From NCBI GenBank assembly GCA_910584295.1, contig CAJTYR010000001.1:69374-133373 (forward strand): a stretch of 64,000 bases of DNA, read 5' to 3'. This stretch comes from an uncultured Christensenella sp. GTDB taxonomy: Bacteria > Bacillota > Clostridia > Christensenellales > UBA1242. Position 1 is the first letter of the stretch, and each line of letters begins with the position of its first letter. The notes below the pieces were generated by a model that was not told the DNA's origin, made no database searches, and saw only the letters and a program-made list of their open reading frames with translations. A program made the position numbers and the translations under genes. Positions 27,338 through 39,193 of the stretch are shown here, piece by piece.

Positions 27338-28489
27338 TTATGGCAAAAGATTTGAGATTATTGTGTTACTTAAATGGTAATATACCGAATTTAAAGTCAC
27401 AACGTCTTGATTTTCCCTGATGATATCTTGCTGAAGATAATCTTTATAAAATTCGTTTTGGGTCAAATCGTAGCCCAACTTTTTTAAGTCTTTAAGATTG
27501 ACGCCTTGTCTATTGCGTAGCCCAAGCATAATCATTTCTTCCATGACTTCTGTATTTGTCAATTTCTCTTCTTCAACCTTGCCTTCTTCGTATCCGCTTA
27601 TAGTCTCTGCATTAAAATATCTTCTTTCATCTTCAAAAGAGTGAGCCCCTAGTCCAAAACCTAAATAATCTCCTCGTTTCCAATAATTAAGATTATGTTG
27701 ACTTTCAAAGCCATCATAAGCAAAGTTAGAAATCTCATATCTCTCCATTCCTTTGTCCACCAAATAATTGGAGAGTTTGTTAAATGCATCAATAGTTTCT
27801 TCGTCGGTCAAAGGCTTATATTTTTTGTTCTTAATCATTGAAAAGATTGGAGTATTTTCATAAACTTCAAGCAAATAACAAGATATATGCTTAACTCCCA
27901 AATCAAGAAGTTCCTTTGCATATCTAGACAAATCTTTGCCAGTCTCTCCTTCAAGCCCAACAATCAAATCAGCTGAAACATTTGCAAAGTATTTTCTCAC
28001 CATTTTAATTTTCTCAATCGCCATTTTGTGATTGTGTAATCTTCCAATTTTTTGAAGATTTTTATCTTTTAGCGATTGAACTCCAACACTGACACGATTT
28101 ATACGAAGTTGTTTCCACATAAGAATTTTTTCTTCCGATATAGAATTTGGATTCGCTTCAATTGTAAATTCTGCGTTGTCAAAAATATTAAAATTTTCAT
28201 AGAGACAATCCACAACTTTTTTAATCTGTTCTGGTGCTAAAATGCTTGGAGTTCCCCCTCCAATATAAATCGTCCTAACCGGTCTGTCTGTCTTTCTTTT
28301 TTCTATCTCGCTGCACAAAAGATCAATATATTTATCAATCTCTTTGGTCGCAGCACAAAAAGAGGCAAAAGCACAATAGTTGCATTTTTGCTCACAAAAT
28401 GGAATGTGAATGTAAATAGAAATTTCATTATTTCTTTCTTTGCTCAATTTCAACTCCTTAAATATTTTAAAGCCACTATTGACGCTCAT
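27338..28489 (-). CDS. hemW: radical SAM heme chaperone HemW (HemN-like)
   Basis: [15 protein letters not shown] CxxxCxxC cluster; conserved position downstream of lepA. Confidence 0.9.
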   Translation of the reverse strand: MSVNSGFKIFKELKLSKERNNEISIYIHIPFCEQKCNYCAFASFCAATKEIDKYIDLLCSEIEKRKTDRPVRTIYIGGGTPSILAPEQIKKVVDCLYENFNIFDNAEFTIEANPNSISEEKILMWKQLRINRVSVGVQSLKDKNLQKIGRLHNHKMAIEKIKMVRKYFANVSADLIVGLEGETGKDLSRYAKELLDLGVKHISCYLLEVYENTPIFSMIKNKKYKPLTDEETIDAFNKLSNYLVDKGMERYEISNFAYDGFESQHNLNYWKRGDYLGFGLGAHSFEDERRYFNAETISGYEEGKVEEEKLTNTEVMEEMIMLGLRNRQGVNLKDLKKLGYDLTQNEFYKDYLQQDIIRENQDVVTLNSVYYHLSNTIISNLLP

Positions 28490-30299
28490 CCAGTTTAAGG
28501 ATACTCATAAATGCTTCAGAAGGGATTTCAACAGAGCCAATCTTTCTCATTCTCTTCTTTCCTTCTTTTTGCTTTTCAAGAAGTTTTCTCTTTCTTGTGA
28601 CATCTCCGCCATAACACTTGGCAAGCACATCTTTTCTCATTGCAGAAATTGTTTCTCTTGCAATAATTTTATTTCCAATGCAGGCTTGAATTGGCACTTC
28701 AAAAAGTTGACGAGGAATGATTTTCTTAAGTTTTTCCGTAAGTTCTCTTCCTCGATTATAAGCGTTGTCTTTATGCACAATAAGTGACAATGCATCACAC
28801 TTATCACCATTGAGCATCAAATCAACTCTGACAAGGTCAGCACGCTCAAAGCCTGCCAGCTCATAATCAAAACTTGCATAACCTTTAGTCCTTGACTTAA
28901 GACTATCAAAAAAGTCATAAATAATTTCGCCAAGAGGCAAAGTATAGTCAATTTGAACTCTTTTTTTATCAATGTATTGCATGTTTTTGTATATGCCACG
29001 CTTATTTTGGCAAAGTTCCATAATCGCACCAACATATTCTGGCGGAGTGAAGATGTTGACTTTGACAATAGGCTCATCAATATGGTCAATTTCAACAGTA
29101 GGTGGAAGATTTGAAGGATTTGAAACTTCAATCATATCACCATTGGTCTTGTAAACATTGTAAGACACGCTTGGTGCTGTCGTGATAATATCAAGATTAA
29201 ATTCTCTCTCTAATCTTTCAGTGATGATTTCAAGATGTAAAAGCCCCAAAAAGCCACAGCGAAAACCATATCCCAAAGCAGAAGAAACCTCTGGAGAAAA
29301 TTGAAGACTTGCATCGTTGAGTTTAAGTTTTTCTAAGCTATCTTTCAGTTCATTATATTTTGCACCATCAACAGGAAAAATCCCACAAAAAACAACAGGT
29401 TGAACAGTCTTATATCCATCCAATGGTTTGTCAATTGGATTTTCCGCACTTGTGACAGTGTCGCCCACTCTGACATCAGAAATCGTCTTTATTGAAGCTG
29501 CAATATAACCTACATCTCCAGCAGATAAATATTGAACCTGCTTCGTGTTAGGCACAAAAATTCCAACCTCAGTGACATCAAAAGTTTTGCCAGTCTGCAT
29601 CATCAAAATCTTGTCACCAGCTTTCACCATTCCGTCAAAAACACGAACAAGACAAATTGCACCTTTAAAATTGTCATAATGACTGTCAAATATAAGACAT
29701 TTAAGTTGTTTCTTTTCATCACCAATTGGTGCTGGAATTTGTGTGATAACAGCCTTAAGAACATCCTCAATGTTTCTGCCCTCTTTTGCTGAAATACAAG
29801 GACAGTTCTCTGCATCAAAACCAATCAATTCTTCAATTTCTTCCTTAACTTCCTCCACTCGAGCAGAAGGCAAATCAATCTTGTTGATGACAGGCAATGT
29901 TTCCAAATTGTTGTCAATTGCAAGATAAGTGTTTGCAAGTGTCTGTGCCTCAACTCCTTGGGAAGCATCCACCAAAAGAATTGCACCTTCACAAGCTGCA
30001 AGAGAACGAGAAACTTCATAAGTGAAATCAACATGTCCTGGGGTATCAATCAAATTGAGTGTGTATTCCTTCCCCTCAAACTCATAAATCAATCTTGTAG
30101 GGGCAAGTTTGATTGTAATGCCTTTTTCACGCTCTAGTTCCATACTGTCCAAAATTTGATTTTGCATATCTCTTTTTGTCACAGTGCCAGTCATTTCAAT
30201 AAGTCTGTCCGCCAACGTACTTTTGCCATGATCAATATGCGCGATTATGCAAAAATTTCTAATTAAACTTAAATCTTTCAAAAGCCTCTCCCAATGCAA
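28476..30299 (-). CDS. lepA: translation elongation factor 4 (LepA)
   Basis: [28 protein letters not shown], and the LepA-specific C-terminal domain. Confidence 0.97.
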   Translation of the reverse strand: MHWERLLKDLSLIRNFCIIAHIDHGKSTLADRLIEMTGTVTKRDMQNQILDSMELEREKGITIKLAPTRLIYEFEGKEYTLNLIDTPGHVDFTYEVSRSLAACEGAILLVDASQGVEAQTLANTYLAIDNNLETLPVINKIDLPSARVEEVKEEIEELIGFDAENCPCISAKEGRNIEDVLKAVITQIPAPIGDEKKQLKCLIFDSHYDNFKGAICLVRVFDGMVKAGDKILMMQTGKTFDVTEVGIFVPNTKQVQYLSAGDVGYIAASIKTISDVRVGDTVTSAENPIDKPLDGYKTVQPVVFCGIFPVDGAKYNELKDSLEKLKLNDASLQFSPEVSSALGYGFRCGFLGLLHLEIITERLEREFNLDIITTAPSVSYNVYKTNGDMIEVSNPSNLPPTVEIDHIDEPIVKVNIFTPPEYVGAIMELCQNKRGIYKNMQYIDKKRVQIDYTLPLGEIIYDFFDSLKSRTKGYASFDYELAGFERADLVRVDLMLNGDKCDALSLIVHKDNAYNRGRELTEKLKKIIPRQLFEVPIQACIGNKIIARETISAMRKDVLAKCYGGDVTRKRKLLEKQKEGKKRMRKIGSVEIPSEAFMSILKLDERQ

Positions 30300-30356
30300 A
30301 TTTTCTATGCTTCAATTATACATCACAAATGTCATATCAAGCAAACAATTTCAACA

Positions 30357-30386
30357 AACAAAAAACCACTTTAATCTAAAGTGGTT
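30357..30386 (-). terminator. rho-independent terminator after efp
   Basis: Minus strand AACCACTTTA-gat-TAAAGTGGTT followed by TTTTTTG. Confidence 0.8.
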
Positions 30387-30408
30387 AATTTTTATAAAGG
30401 ATTTTGGA

Positions 30409-30969
30409 TTACTTAACTTTTTCCATGTATGATCCATCTCTTGTGTCAACACGAATCATATCACCAATGTTAACAAAAAGTGGAACACGAATAACATAAC
30501 CAGTTGAAAGAGTCGCAGGCTTTTGAGAAGCTTTTGATGTATCTCCTTGAATTCCAGGTTCTGTGTCCACAACTTCAAGTTCAACAAATGTTGGTGGATA
30601 AACCGCAAAAGGAACCCCCTTATAGATATACATTGTTGTAGGCATATTTTCAGTGACAAAGTTGAGAGCATCTGCAACAGACTCCTTGTTGAGTGGCATT
30701 TGCTCATATGTTTCATTGTCCATGAAATAATAAAGTTCTCCATCATTGTAAAGATAAAGCATTTCTTTCTTTTCAATCACAGCATCTTGAAATTTGTCGG
30801 AAGGATTGAAAGTATCTTCCTTCACTTGTCCTGTCATAACGTTTTTAATCTTTGCTCTTACAAATGGTGAACCTTTCCCAGGTTTAACATGCAAAAAGTC
30901 AATAACATTATAGACATTTCCATCCATTTCAAAAGTTGTACCTTTTCTAAATTCTCCAGCTGAAACCAT
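30409..30969 (-). CDS. efp: translation elongation factor P
   Basis: 186 aa with [19 protein letters not shown], including the conserved modified Lys loop. Confidence 0.96.
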   Translation of the reverse strand: MVSAGEFRKGTTFEMDGNVYNVIDFLHVKPGKGSPFVRAKIKNVMTGQVKEDTFNPSDKFQDAVIEKKEMLYLYNDGELYYFMDNETYEQMPLNKESVADALNFVTENMPTTMYIYKGVPFAVYPPTFVELEVVDTEPGIQGDTSKASQKPATLSTGYVIRVPLFVNIGDMIRVDTRDGSYMEKVK

Positions 30970-31167
30970 AAATTTTTCTCCTAATATTAATATTCAAAAT
31001 TCGGGTAAATCCCCCAACTTCATGTTTATTTTATCACACAAACACTGCCAGTTGCAAGCCATTTTTTAAAAAAAATCAGCAATGAATTGTTCATATTTAA
31101 ATAAAAATCAAGGAAACTTTAAAAATAAAACAATTTTCATGAAAAATATGTTATATTTGCTTTGATT

Positions 31168-32049
31168 TTATTTTCTGATTGCATCCATATAGATTTTTTT
31201 CATAATAACACTGTCTTTTGCTTGAGTTTCATTTGATTCGCAAATAATATGGAAATCCAAATTATTTTTCAAAATTACTTCGCAAAGAGGTTCAAATTCT
31301 GGACCATAAACATCATCTTCAAAAGTCAAATGACGAATCTCACCCTTGTCACCATATTGAATTTTTGAAAAATGAACATGGGCATTTTTTGTCCGCCATT
31401 CCCCCAGTTTTTCAAATGAATAGTCCACAATCTTTTGAAAATCAACTGCGGTTTTCAAAGAACCTTGTGTGAAAGCATTGATATGACCAAAATCAAAAGT
31501 TGGCAAAAGTTTGTCTGAAATTGTGCAAAGGTCAATTATTTCTTTATATGTGCCAATTTGCATACTTTTTCCCATAGTTTCTGGACAGATAAACATATCA
31601 TCATCCAATTCCTTTTCAATTTCTGGCATAAATTCTTCAAATCGAGTTCTCATAAGAGCCACGGCATCCTCACGTGAAGATTTTCCGCAAGACCCGGCAT
31701 GAAAAACCATTCTTTTTGCACCAAAAGCTTTCATAAACTTGATGCCAGTTTTGATGTAACCCAATGATTTTTCATACATAACAGGATCTGGATTTGCAAA
31801 ATTAATGAAATATGGTGCATGAATTGACATCTCAATGCCAAAATCAGCAAAAACTTTTCCAATTTCTTCTGCTTTTTCACTTGTCATTCGAAAGCCTTGT
31901 CCAAAACTATATTCAAAAAGGTCAAGACCTCCATCAAAAAGCCCATGTCCTTGCTCGCTTAACCATTTTGGTGCTTCAAGCGTGCTTTTGTGCCCCTCTT
32001 CATAAAAAGCCAAACTATTTCCAGCAGGTCCAAACAAAACTTTACTCAT
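31168..32049 (-). CDS. TIM-barrel protein of the endonuclease IV / xylose-isomerase-like superfamily
   Basis: HAPYFINFANPD, VFHAGS, CPETMG, FDFGH and ICES metal-ligand-like motifs in the order seen in Nfo-like proteins. Confidence 0.65.
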   Translation of the reverse strand: MSKVLFGPAGNSLAFYEEGHKSTLEAPKWLSEQGHGLFDGGLDLFEYSFGQGFRMTSEKAEEIGKVFADFGIEMSIHAPYFINFANPDPVMYEKSLGYIKTGIKFMKAFGAKRMVFHAGSCGKSSREDAVALMRTRFEEFMPEIEKELDDDMFICPETMGKSMQIGTYKEIIDLCTISDKLLPTFDFGHINAFTQGSLKTAVDFQKIVDYSFEKLGEWRTKNAHVHFSKIQYGDKGEIRHLTFEDDVYGPEFEPLCEVILKNNLDFHIICESNETQAKDSVIMKKIYMDAIRK

Positions 32050-32058
32050 ATTTTCTCC

Positions 32059-32925
32059 TTAAAACAATCTCAACCAAAAAGAAAGAAGACCATCCTCAAC
32101 TGTCCCTGTTCCAAGAAACTCATCTTTTTTGAAAAGTTTATATTTCCCATCTTGTTGATTGATTTTGATTTTCTGTCCATTACAAAGTTTTTCAAATTCA
32201 TTTTCATTAAGCAAAATTTGAGAAAAATCAAAAACCTTTTCTGTTGAAATTATTGAAAAATCTCCTTTTTCAATTTGCTCAATTGAAAAAGCGTCTTTAA
32301 GCATAAATCCACCACATCTAGTGCGTATTATGCATTGCATACTACCATAAGTACCAATAAGAGTTGCTAAATCTCTGCACAAACTTCTTATGTATGTCCC
32401 ACTTGAGCATGTGACAGAAAAACGAAATTTATTTTTATCTATCTTTTCCAAAACTTCAAAATCAAAAATTTCAACCTCTTTTGGAGTAAGAGCAACTTGC
32501 TCTCCTCTCCTTGCACTCTTATAAGCAGATTGCCCATTAACCTTTTTTGCAGAATATTGTGGTGGCATCTGCATGTATTTGCCAATCATTCTTTTGCATG
32601 CTTCTTTCACTTCGTTTTCACTGATGTCACATTCTTTCTGCTTTAAAACCTTTCCAGAGGTGTCAAGTGTGTCTGTTTCGAATCCAAAAATAAAGACCGT
32701 CTCATAAGACTTATCTTTGTTTAAGAAGAAATCAAACAATTTTGTTGCATTGTTAACAGTGACAGGAAGAAGTCCCTCTCCTTCCAAATCCAAAGTTCCC
32801 AAATGCCCACACTTTTTTGCTCCCAATTTAAATTTGATAATGTTGACAGCTTTGTTTGATGACATACCAACAGGTTTATTGACCAAAACAATCCCACTTT
32901 TTGTTGTAAGAATTTGCCTAGACAT
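32059..32925 (-). CDS. truB: tRNA pseudouridine(55) synthase
   Basis: GHLGTLDLEGEGLLPV catalytic Asp motif; C-terminal PUA-like region. Confidence 0.93.
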   Translation of the reverse strand: MSRQILTTKSGIVLVNKPVGMSSNKAVNIIKFKLGAKKCGHLGTLDLEGEGLLPVTVNNATKLFDFFLNKDKSYETVFIFGFETDTLDTSGKVLKQKECDISENEVKEACKRMIGKYMQMPPQYSAKKVNGQSAYKSARRGEQVALTPKEVEIFDFEVLEKIDKNKFRFSVTCSSGTYIRSLCRDLATLIGTYGSMQCIIRTRCGGFMLKDAFSIEQIEKGDFSIISTEKVFDFSQILLNENEFEKLCNGQKIKINQQDGKYKLFKKDEFLGTGTVEDGLLSFWLRLF

Positions 32926-33886
32926 TCAAAACCTCACAAATCCAACCTTTAACAGTCTTTTTAACTTGAGATGCCTTAATTTCATTTATAAAAGCCGAGG
33001 CATTTTTATGTCCACCACCTCCCATTTTCAATGCAAAAGGAAAGATATCAAGCTCTGGAGCGCTTCTCATACTAAATTTAAAGACATTTGGTTTGATTTC
33101 ATAGGAAAGCAATGTCCACTTAACTCCCTTTATGTTGAGAAGAGAATTTGAAAACATTTTTACATCATCTGCTGTCACACCAAGTTTTTTCATAGCTTTA
33201 AGAGAAAAAACAACCAAAACAACTTTTCCATCAGCAAAATAAGAGAGGTTTGAATATAAAAATTTCGTCAGCGCTATTTCTTTTTGAGAAATCGTCCTAA
33301 ACATCTTGTTGTATATTCCAACATAATCAATTCCACATTCAATCAAGCTTTTTGCGTCGTCAAAGACTTCACCAAGACCAGCAAGAAACATAAATCTGTC
33401 AGTGTCACCAACCAGACCTGTATAAAGATATTCCGCAGTTTGTTTGCTTGGTTTTTGTCCAATTTCTTTGAAAAGATCCAAAACAAGTTGACTTGCAGAA
33501 GCCTTATGAAGAATTCGATAGTTTTTTGTTGGAACAATTTCCTTTTCATCAAGCATGTGATGATCGATAACAATCACATTCCTACACTTTTTAAATTCCT
33601 CAACAAAACATTTGTCCAGCCTGTCTTCGACATGCAAATCCATAAGAATCACCAAATCATAAACACTAGCAACAAACTGCCCTTTAAATTCATTCATTGG
33701 AAAAAGACTTGCCACATATTCTCCATATCGAGCACTAAATACATCTGCATTTTTGTCAAAATGACGGCAAAAATCTCTCATGCCCAACATACTTCCACAT
33801 GCATCTGGATCAGGCTCTATATGGGCAAAAATTGCAATTTTTTTTGCTTTTTGAATTTTTTGAATAATTTGTTTATTCGTTATCAT
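32918..33886 (-). CDS. nrnA: DHH/DHHA1 phosphoesterase (NrnA-like oligoribonuclease/pAp phosphatase)
   Basis: HIEPDPDACGS, VIDHH and GGGHKNASAF motifs. Confidence 0.85.
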   Translation of the reverse strand: MITNKQIIQKIQKAKKIAIFAHIEPDPDACGSMLGMRDFCRHFDKNADVFSARYGEYVASLFPMNEFKGQFVASVYDLVILMDLHVEDRLDKCFVEEFKKCRNVIVIDHHMLDEKEIVPTKNYRILHKASASQLVLDLFKEIGQKPSKQTAEYLYTGLVGDTDRFMFLAGLGEVFDDAKSLIECGIDYVGIYNKMFRTISQKEIALTKFLYSNLSYFADGKVVLVVFSLKAMKKLGVTADDVKMFSNSLLNIKGVKWTLLSYEIKPNVFKFSMRSAPELDIFPFALKMGGGGHKNASAFINEIKASQVKKTVKGWICEVLNV

Positions 33887-34244
33887 CAGTTTGTTCTTCC
33901 TTTGGAATGTTTAAGGTTTTCAAAATTTCTTCCACTCTCATGGAATTTAAAGCACTCTTATCAACCACAAAATTGATTTTTGGAACTTGTGGCATGTCAA
34001 CCATCTTTGCAAGTTCTCTTTTTATGAATCCCTCACTTGATTGCAACACCCTTGTCACATTTTCAACATCTTTCAAATCAAGCACACTCACCCTAGCCTT
34101 GCAAAATTTGAAGTCCGGAGTCACATTAACCTCTGTTATGCTGACAATCTTGTTGACTCTTGGATCATTCATTTTGTTTTTCACAATTTCAATAAGACAT
34201 CTTTGAATCTCACTGTTTGCCCTTTCAATTCTGTTATTTGCCAT
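33873..34244 (-). CDS. rbfA: ribosome-binding factor A
   Basis: Start set at MANNRIERANSEIQRCL (RBS AGGAGAG). KH-like RbfA signature DPRV...ITEVNVTPDFKFCKARVS. Confidence 0.9.
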   Translation of the reverse strand: MANNRIERANSEIQRCLIEIVKNKMNDPRVNKIVSITEVNVTPDFKFCKARVSVLDLKDVENVTRVLQSSEGFIKRELAKMVDMPQVPKINFVVDKSALNSMRVEEILKTLNIPKEEQTDDNE

Positions 34245-34260
34245 TCTATCTCTCCTATTA

Positions 34261-34782
34261 TTATTTTGTTTTTCTTTGTACGCTTTCAACAACATTGTTT
34301 TTGTAGATAACTATTTCATCAAAACCTTCTTCCAGTTTTGGAAAGTTTTCTCTTATTTCTCTCTCATTGAAAGAAGCGACCTTTTCTGGGTTTTCTATTT
34401 TGTGAATAAATGGATCTCTTTTTTCTCTATCCTTAACCCTTTGAACACAAATCTCCTTATCAGTCAGAAGCACTCTTCCAGTCACATAACAATCATATTT
34501 TTCAGTAATCTTAAAATATTGATCTCTTTTGATTGTGTTGACACCATCAAGAATAACATTTTTGCCAACTTTCAAAAAATCTTCAAATCGTTTTCGAAGC
34601 TCCCCATAAACAATTTGGTTTGTTTTGAAATTGTATTCATTTGGCAAATATCCAGAATCCACAAGTTCCTTTCTGATTTTATCACTGGAAAGAATGACCG
34701 CATCATTCTTTTCCGCAAGTTTTTTTGCCAATGTGGATTTTCCAGATCCAATCATGCCAATCATAATATCAACAGAAACCAT
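34261..34782 (-). CDS. P-loop kinase-like ATPase (AAA_33 / polynucleotide-kinase-like)
   Basis: Walker A GMIGSGKSTLAKKL, Asp after the beta-strand (ILSSDKIR), lid-like RVKDREKR; 173 aa. Confidence 0.6.
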   Translation of the reverse strand: MVSVDIMIGMIGSGKSTLAKKLAEKNDAVILSSDKIRKELVDSGYLPNEYNFKTNQIVYGELRKRFEDFLKVGKNVILDGVNTIKRDQYFKITEKYDCYVTGRVLLTDKEICVQRVKDREKRDPFIHKIENPEKVASFNEREIRENFPKLEEGFDEIVIYKNNVVESVQRKTK

Positions 34783-34843
34783 ATTTTCTCCTAAAATATT
34801 ATAACCTAAAACAAATAATTTTCAAAGAAAAAAGAGATTAAAT

Positions 34844-37417
34844 TTAATCTCTTTTAACTTCTTGTTTGATATAACATTCCAAAATGTCGCCTTCTTGGAA
34901 ATCAACATTGTCACGAAGTTTAATACCACATTCATAACCCTTTGCAACTTCACTCTTTTCATCTTTGACAATCTTAAGAGATTCAATGATTGAGTCACCA
35001 ACAATTTCTTCTCCACGCTTGATTTTTGCAATTCCGTTTCTTTGAATTTTTCCGTCAAGCACATAACTTCCAGCAACTTTCCCTGCAGTTGAAAGTTTGA
35101 ATACAACTCTTATCTCTGCTTTTCCAACATATTTTTCTTCATATTTAATTGCCATCATACCTTTTGAAATTCTTGTAATTTGGTCAACAACTTCATAGAT
35201 AATTCTTGATTCAATCAATTCAACCTTAAGGCTATCAACCATTTGAAGCATTTTGTTTGGTGTTTTGATATTGAATGCAACCACAACAGAGCCTGTCGTT
35301 TGAGCAAGCACTAAATCGCTTTCAGTAATTCCACCAGCAGCACTATGAATACAAACAACTTTCACTTCATCATTTCTGATTGCTTCAAGTGATGCTTTAA
35401 GTGCTTCAACAGAGCCTTGAGTGTCGGCTTTGATGATGATGTTAAGATTTTTCAAACTGCCCTCATGCACCCTGTTCATAAAGTCATCTGCACTCACTCC
35501 GGAAGTTTGTTTTGCACGCTCTTGCTTAATCTTATTAATTCTTTCATTGATAACTTGTTTTGACAAACTTTCATCAACAGCGTATACCGCATCACCAGAA
35601 TTTGGAACATCATTAAAGCCCATAACAGCAACTGGGGTTGATGGTCCAGCTTTTTTGACAGCTTTTCCATTTTCATCAAACATCGCTTTGACTTTTCCAT
35701 AAGTTATACCAGACATGATTGAGTCACCGATTTTCAAAGTTCCACTTTGAACAAGCACAGTTGCAACAGCACCCCTCGTTTTGTCAAGTTCGGCTTCAAC
35801 AACAACACCTGTTGCCATTTTGTTTGGATTTGCTTTAAGCTCTTGCATTTCAGCCACAAGCAAAATCATTTTCTTAAGTTCATCAAGTCCCATACCTGTC
35901 TTTGCAGAGATAGGAACACAAATTGCGTCTCCACCCCATTCTTCAGGCAAAATACCATGTTCCGTCAATTGTTGTTTGATGCGGTCAGGATTTGCTTCAG
36001 GTTTATCCATTTTGTTTATTGCAACAATCATAGGCACGTTTGCCGCTTTGATATGATTGATTGCTTCAATTGTTTGAGGCATAATTCCATCATCAGCAGC
36101 AACCACAAGAATTGCAATGTCTGTCACCTCGGCACCTCTTGCACGCATTGCAGTGAATGCTGCATGCCCAGGAGTGTCGATGAAAGTGATTTTTTCGCCA
36201 TTAAAGGAAATCTGATAAGCACCAATTTTTTGAGTGATTCCACCAGCTTCCCCAAGCACAACATTTGTCTTTCTGAAAGCGTCCAAAAGGGATGTCTTAC
36301 CATGGTCAACGTGTCCCATAACAGTGACAACTGGAGGACGTTTAACCAAATCTTTTTCATCATCTTCTTCAACTGATTTGTCAAGAAGTTTTTCTTCATA
36401 GGTTTTATCCATCTTAAGCTCAACAGTGACCCCAAGTTCACCGGTGATAAGTTCACATGTATCAAAATCAATTGTGCTGTTGATTGTTGCCATAACTCCC
36501 AAAAGCATAAGTTTCTTAACAATTTCAGCAACAGGCTTTCCAATTTTTTCACTCAATTCTTTAACTGTGATTTCCCTTGAAGTAAGAACAGCATGAGTCA
36601 CTTGTGGAGCAATCACAACTTCAACTTCTTTTTTCTTCTTAATTAGTTTTCTTGAACCCATCGTAGTTTCTTCAAAACCATCCTCATTCATAACAAGAAT
36701 GTTGTTGTTTTGTTTTCCAAATCCAGCCCTTGCTTTTGCAGAAACTTTCTTTGATTCATCGACATTTCTTCTTTGCTTATTTTTATTTCCAAAGTTTCTT
36801 TCTGGCTGAGCAAGAACAGAACTGCTTTCTGTCGCCCCAGAAGAGAAAGATTTAAATCCGTTTGCTTTTGTTGAAACAAAGGAATTACTTTTTGGTCTTG
36901 CAGAAGGATTTTGTCCATTTCTGTTAAATTGCCCAGCTGGTCTGTTTGCGTTGTTGAATGGACCATTTGGTCTTTGCCCAAATCTTCCGCCATTTTGCTG
37001 TCCATTGTTTTGGAAGCCACCTTGTCTGAAATTTCCTCCTTGCCCCTGACCATTTCCATTTCTTTGCTGAAAACGAGGGTTATTCGTCTGACCATCAAAC
37101 TTACGGAAGTTGTTGTTTTGATTTCCTCCTTGCCCAAAGACTTGCTTTTTTTGTTCAACTTTCTGTTCTGCTTTCTCCACAACAGTTTCGTCATGTTTCG
37201 CTTTTTCAAGTTCAACAGCCTTTGCCTTTTCAAGTTCAACTTTCTTCTTTTCTTCATCTCTTGCTTTTGCTTGCAATTTTGATTTTTGATCTTGCACACC
37301 TTTTGCAAAAGAATCAATTGCAACCTTTGATTGCTTTATTGACAGCAATAAATCCTGCAAAGAGCCATCTCTTTGTAAATTGTTGATTGTTTTAAGTGCG
37401 TTAAGTTGTGTTGCCAA
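34844..37417 (-). CDS. infB: translation initiation factor IF-2
   Basis: G domain [21 protein letters not shown]. The N-terminal third is low-complexity and Q/N/G/R-rich. Confidence 0.97.
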   Translation of the reverse strand: MATQLNALKTINNLQRDGSLQDLLLSIKQSKVAIDSFAKGVQDQKSKLQAKARDEEKKKVELEKAKAVELEKAKHDETVVEKAEQKVEQKKQVFGQGGNQNNNFRKFDGQTNNPRFQQRNGNGQGQGGNFRQGGFQNNGQQNGGRFGQRPNGPFNNANRPAGQFNRNGQNPSARPKSNSFVSTKANGFKSFSSGATESSSVLAQPERNFGNKNKQRRNVDESKKVSAKARAGFGKQNNNILVMNEDGFEETTMGSRKLIKKKKEVEVVIAPQVTHAVLTSREITVKELSEKIGKPVAEIVKKLMLLGVMATINSTIDFDTCELITGELGVTVELKMDKTYEEKLLDKSVEEDDEKDLVKRPPVVTVMGHVDHGKTSLLDAFRKTNVVLGEAGGITQKIGAYQISFNGEKITFIDTPGHAAFTAMRARGAEVTDIAILVVAADDGIMPQTIEAINHIKAANVPMIVAINKMDKPEANPDRIKQQLTEHGILPEEWGGDAICVPISAKTGMGLDELKKMILLVAEMQELKANPNKMATGVVVEAELDKTRGAVATVLVQSGTLKIGDSIMSGITYGKVKAMFDENGKAVKKAGPSTPVAVMGFNDVPNSGDAVYAVDESLSKQVINERINKIKQERAKQTSGVSADDFMNRVHEGSLKNLNIIIKADTQGSVEALKASLEAIRNDEVKVVCIHSAAGGITESDLVLAQTTGSVVVAFNIKTPNKMLQMVDSLKVELIESRIIYEVVDQITRISKGMMAIKYEEKYVGKAEIRVVFKLSTAGKVAGSYVLDGKIQRNGIAKIKRGEEIVGDSIIESLKIVKDEKSEVAKGYECGIKLRDNVDFQEGDILECYIKQEVKRD

Positions 37418-37418
37418 A

Positions 37419-37748
37419 TTATTCTCCTTTTACGCATTTTTCAATGCTTTCACTCAATGCTTTATTTTTTAAGCCAATGGCCTTGCAGTTTTCAATGCTG
37501 ACGAGTTCTGCCAAATTTTCAATTTCAAGAAGCGGAATATCTCTGTTTTCACTTAAAAATTTCATCTCTCTCAAAAGTGAATTTCCAGCACTTTTATCAA
37601 TCAGAAGTAGATAAAGTTTTTTTGTATATGTGGCAAGTTTTTCTTTGCCAATAATCACAAACCCAGCTTTTCTTGCTATGGAAATAAGACCTTGTATTTT
37701 ATTCAAATTCTTCTCCGATTTTTTGATATACTTCTTGTGGAACTTCAC
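37419..37748 (-). CDS. L7Ae-family RNA-binding protein (YlxQ-like)
   Basis: LISIARKAGFVIIGKEK; conserved position between ylxR and infB. An alternative TTG start at 37706 (after GGAGAAG) would give 95 aa. Confidence 0.8.
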   Translation of the reverse strand: MKFHKKYIKKSEKNLNKIQGLISIARKAGFVIIGKEKLATYTKKLYLLLIDKSAGNSLLREMKFLSENRDIPLLEIENLAELVSIENCKAIGLKNKALSESIEKCVKGE

Positions 37749-37962
37749 ATTTAAAAGCTCGATTTAATGCTTTTTGCTTGCAAAGCTTCTGATAGCAATT
37801 TCTATCTTTGCAAACATAAGCACCTCTTCCATTTGCCTTTCCAGTTTTGTCAACAAAGATTTCTCCATCTTTGTTTTTCACCACTCTCAAAAGTGTTTTT
37901 TTATCGCTTTGTGCTCTGCAAACAATACACATGCGAATTTTTTCTTTTGGTTTATTTTGCAT
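37699..37962 (-). CDS. ylxR: YlxR/RnpM family RNA-binding protein (DUF448)
   Basis: RMCIVCRAQSDKKTLLRVV...GRGAYVC. Confidence 0.85.
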   Translation of the reverse strand: MQNKPKEKIRMCIVCRAQSDKKTLLRVVKNKDGEIFVDKTGKANGRGAYVCKDRNCYQKLCKQKALNRAFKCEVPQEVYQKIGEEFE

Positions 37963-37976
37963 AAAAACCTCTTTAA

Positions 37977-39152
37977 TTAAAGTTCTGGAAATTCATCCCC
38001 ATCAATTTCTTCAAGTTCTTCCAAATCTCCCATTGTATCAAATGAATTTTCATCGGTAAGCTCTGTAAGCTCATATTCAACTTCTTCATTTTCTGTATGA
38101 GTTTCTGCAGGCTTAATGTAACTCTCGGGTTTAACATCAATCTTCCAACCAGTAAGTCTTGCAGCAAGACGAACATTTTGTCCCCCTTTTCCGATTGCAA
38201 GTGACAACTTGTCATCTGGAACAATCACTTGAGACATGTTTAAACTGTCATTTGTTTCAACTGACAAAACTTTTGCTGGACTTAATGACCTTGCAATATA
38301 TTCAAGAGGATCTTCAGAATATTCCACAAGATCAATTTTTTCGCCATTAAGCTCGTTTACGATTGTGTTAATTCTCACCCCACGATTTCCAACGCAAGAA
38401 CCAATTGCATCAACATTTGGTCTTTCTGTGTAAATTGCAACTTTTGCTCTGTTTCCTGCATCACGTGTAATATTTTTTATTTTAACATCTCCACTTGCAA
38501 TTTCAGGAATTTCAAGCTCAAACAATTTTCTGATAAATCCAATGTTGCTTCTTGACACTTGAATTTGTGGTCCTTTGAAAGAATCCTTAATTTTCTTCAC
38601 ATAAACCTTTACTCTGTCACCAACATTGAATTTATCTCCAGGAATTTGGTCATTTTTCATCATGACACCTTCAGTGTTTGTTCCTGGAATTTGCACATAA
38701 ACATTTTCTCCATCAATACGCTTAACGATTGTTGTCAAAAGTTCATCCTCTTTTTCAGAAAGTTCACTGACAGCTGTTTGTCTTTCCATTTCACGAAGCT
38801 TTTGCATAACAACTTGTTTTGCAGTTTGAGCAGCAATTCTTCCAAAGTCTTTTGTTGATTCTTCAACGGCAACAATGTCACCAACCTTTGAAGATTTTTT
38901 GTTTAACTTTGCTTCAGCCAAAGAAATTTCTTTGTCAGGATCTTCAACTTCAGAAACAACAGTTTTGTAGGAATATATTCTGATTGTGTTTCTTTCTGGA
39001 TAAAGTTTTACCATTGCAGACTTTGCTTCTCCATACATCTTTTTATATGCTGAAGTAAGTGCAGTTTCAAGCGTCGCAATAAATGTGTCCTTATCAATTT
39101 TCTTTTCTGCTTCAAGTTCATCAAGTGCCTTAAAAAAGTCTTTGTTTACCAT
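37977..39152 (-). CDS. nusA: transcription termination/antitermination factor NusA
   Basis: NTD, S1 and two KH domains (GxxG loops CVGNRGVRI and [12 protein letters not shown]); acidic C-terminal tail. Confidence 0.97.
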   Translation of the reverse strand: MVNKDFFKALDELEAEKKIDKDTFIATLETALTSAYKKMYGEAKSAMVKLYPERNTIRIYSYKTVVSEVEDPDKEISLAEAKLNKKSSKVGDIVAVEESTKDFGRIAAQTAKQVVMQKLREMERQTAVSELSEKEDELLTTIVKRIDGENVYVQIPGTNTEGVMMKNDQIPGDKFNVGDRVKVYVKKIKDSFKGPQIQVSRSNIGFIRKLFELEIPEIASGDVKIKNITRDAGNRAKVAIYTERPNVDAIGSCVGNRGVRINTIVNELNGEKIDLVEYSEDPLEYIARSLSPAKVLSVETNDSLNMSQVIVPDDKLSLAIGKGGQNVRLAARLTGWKIDVKPESYIKPAETHTENEEVEYELTELTDENSFDTMGDLEELEEIDGDEFPEL

Positions 39153-39193
39153 TTTAAATTTTTCTCCTTAAAATTATAATTTTGCATTTCTGT

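Noticed and set aside
33284-33976. 230-aa plus-strand ORF antisense to nrnA. Similar long antisense or alternate-frame ORFs occur at 2485-3093, 34276-34794, 35747-36376, 36688-37323, 44510-45046 and 60822-61421.
   Set aside because: Each lies entirely inside a strongly conserved gene on the other strand or frame. Each has Phe/Leu/Ile/Cys-rich nonsense composition and lacks an RBS. Long antisense frames are expected because the sense genes avoid TTA/CTA/TCA codons.
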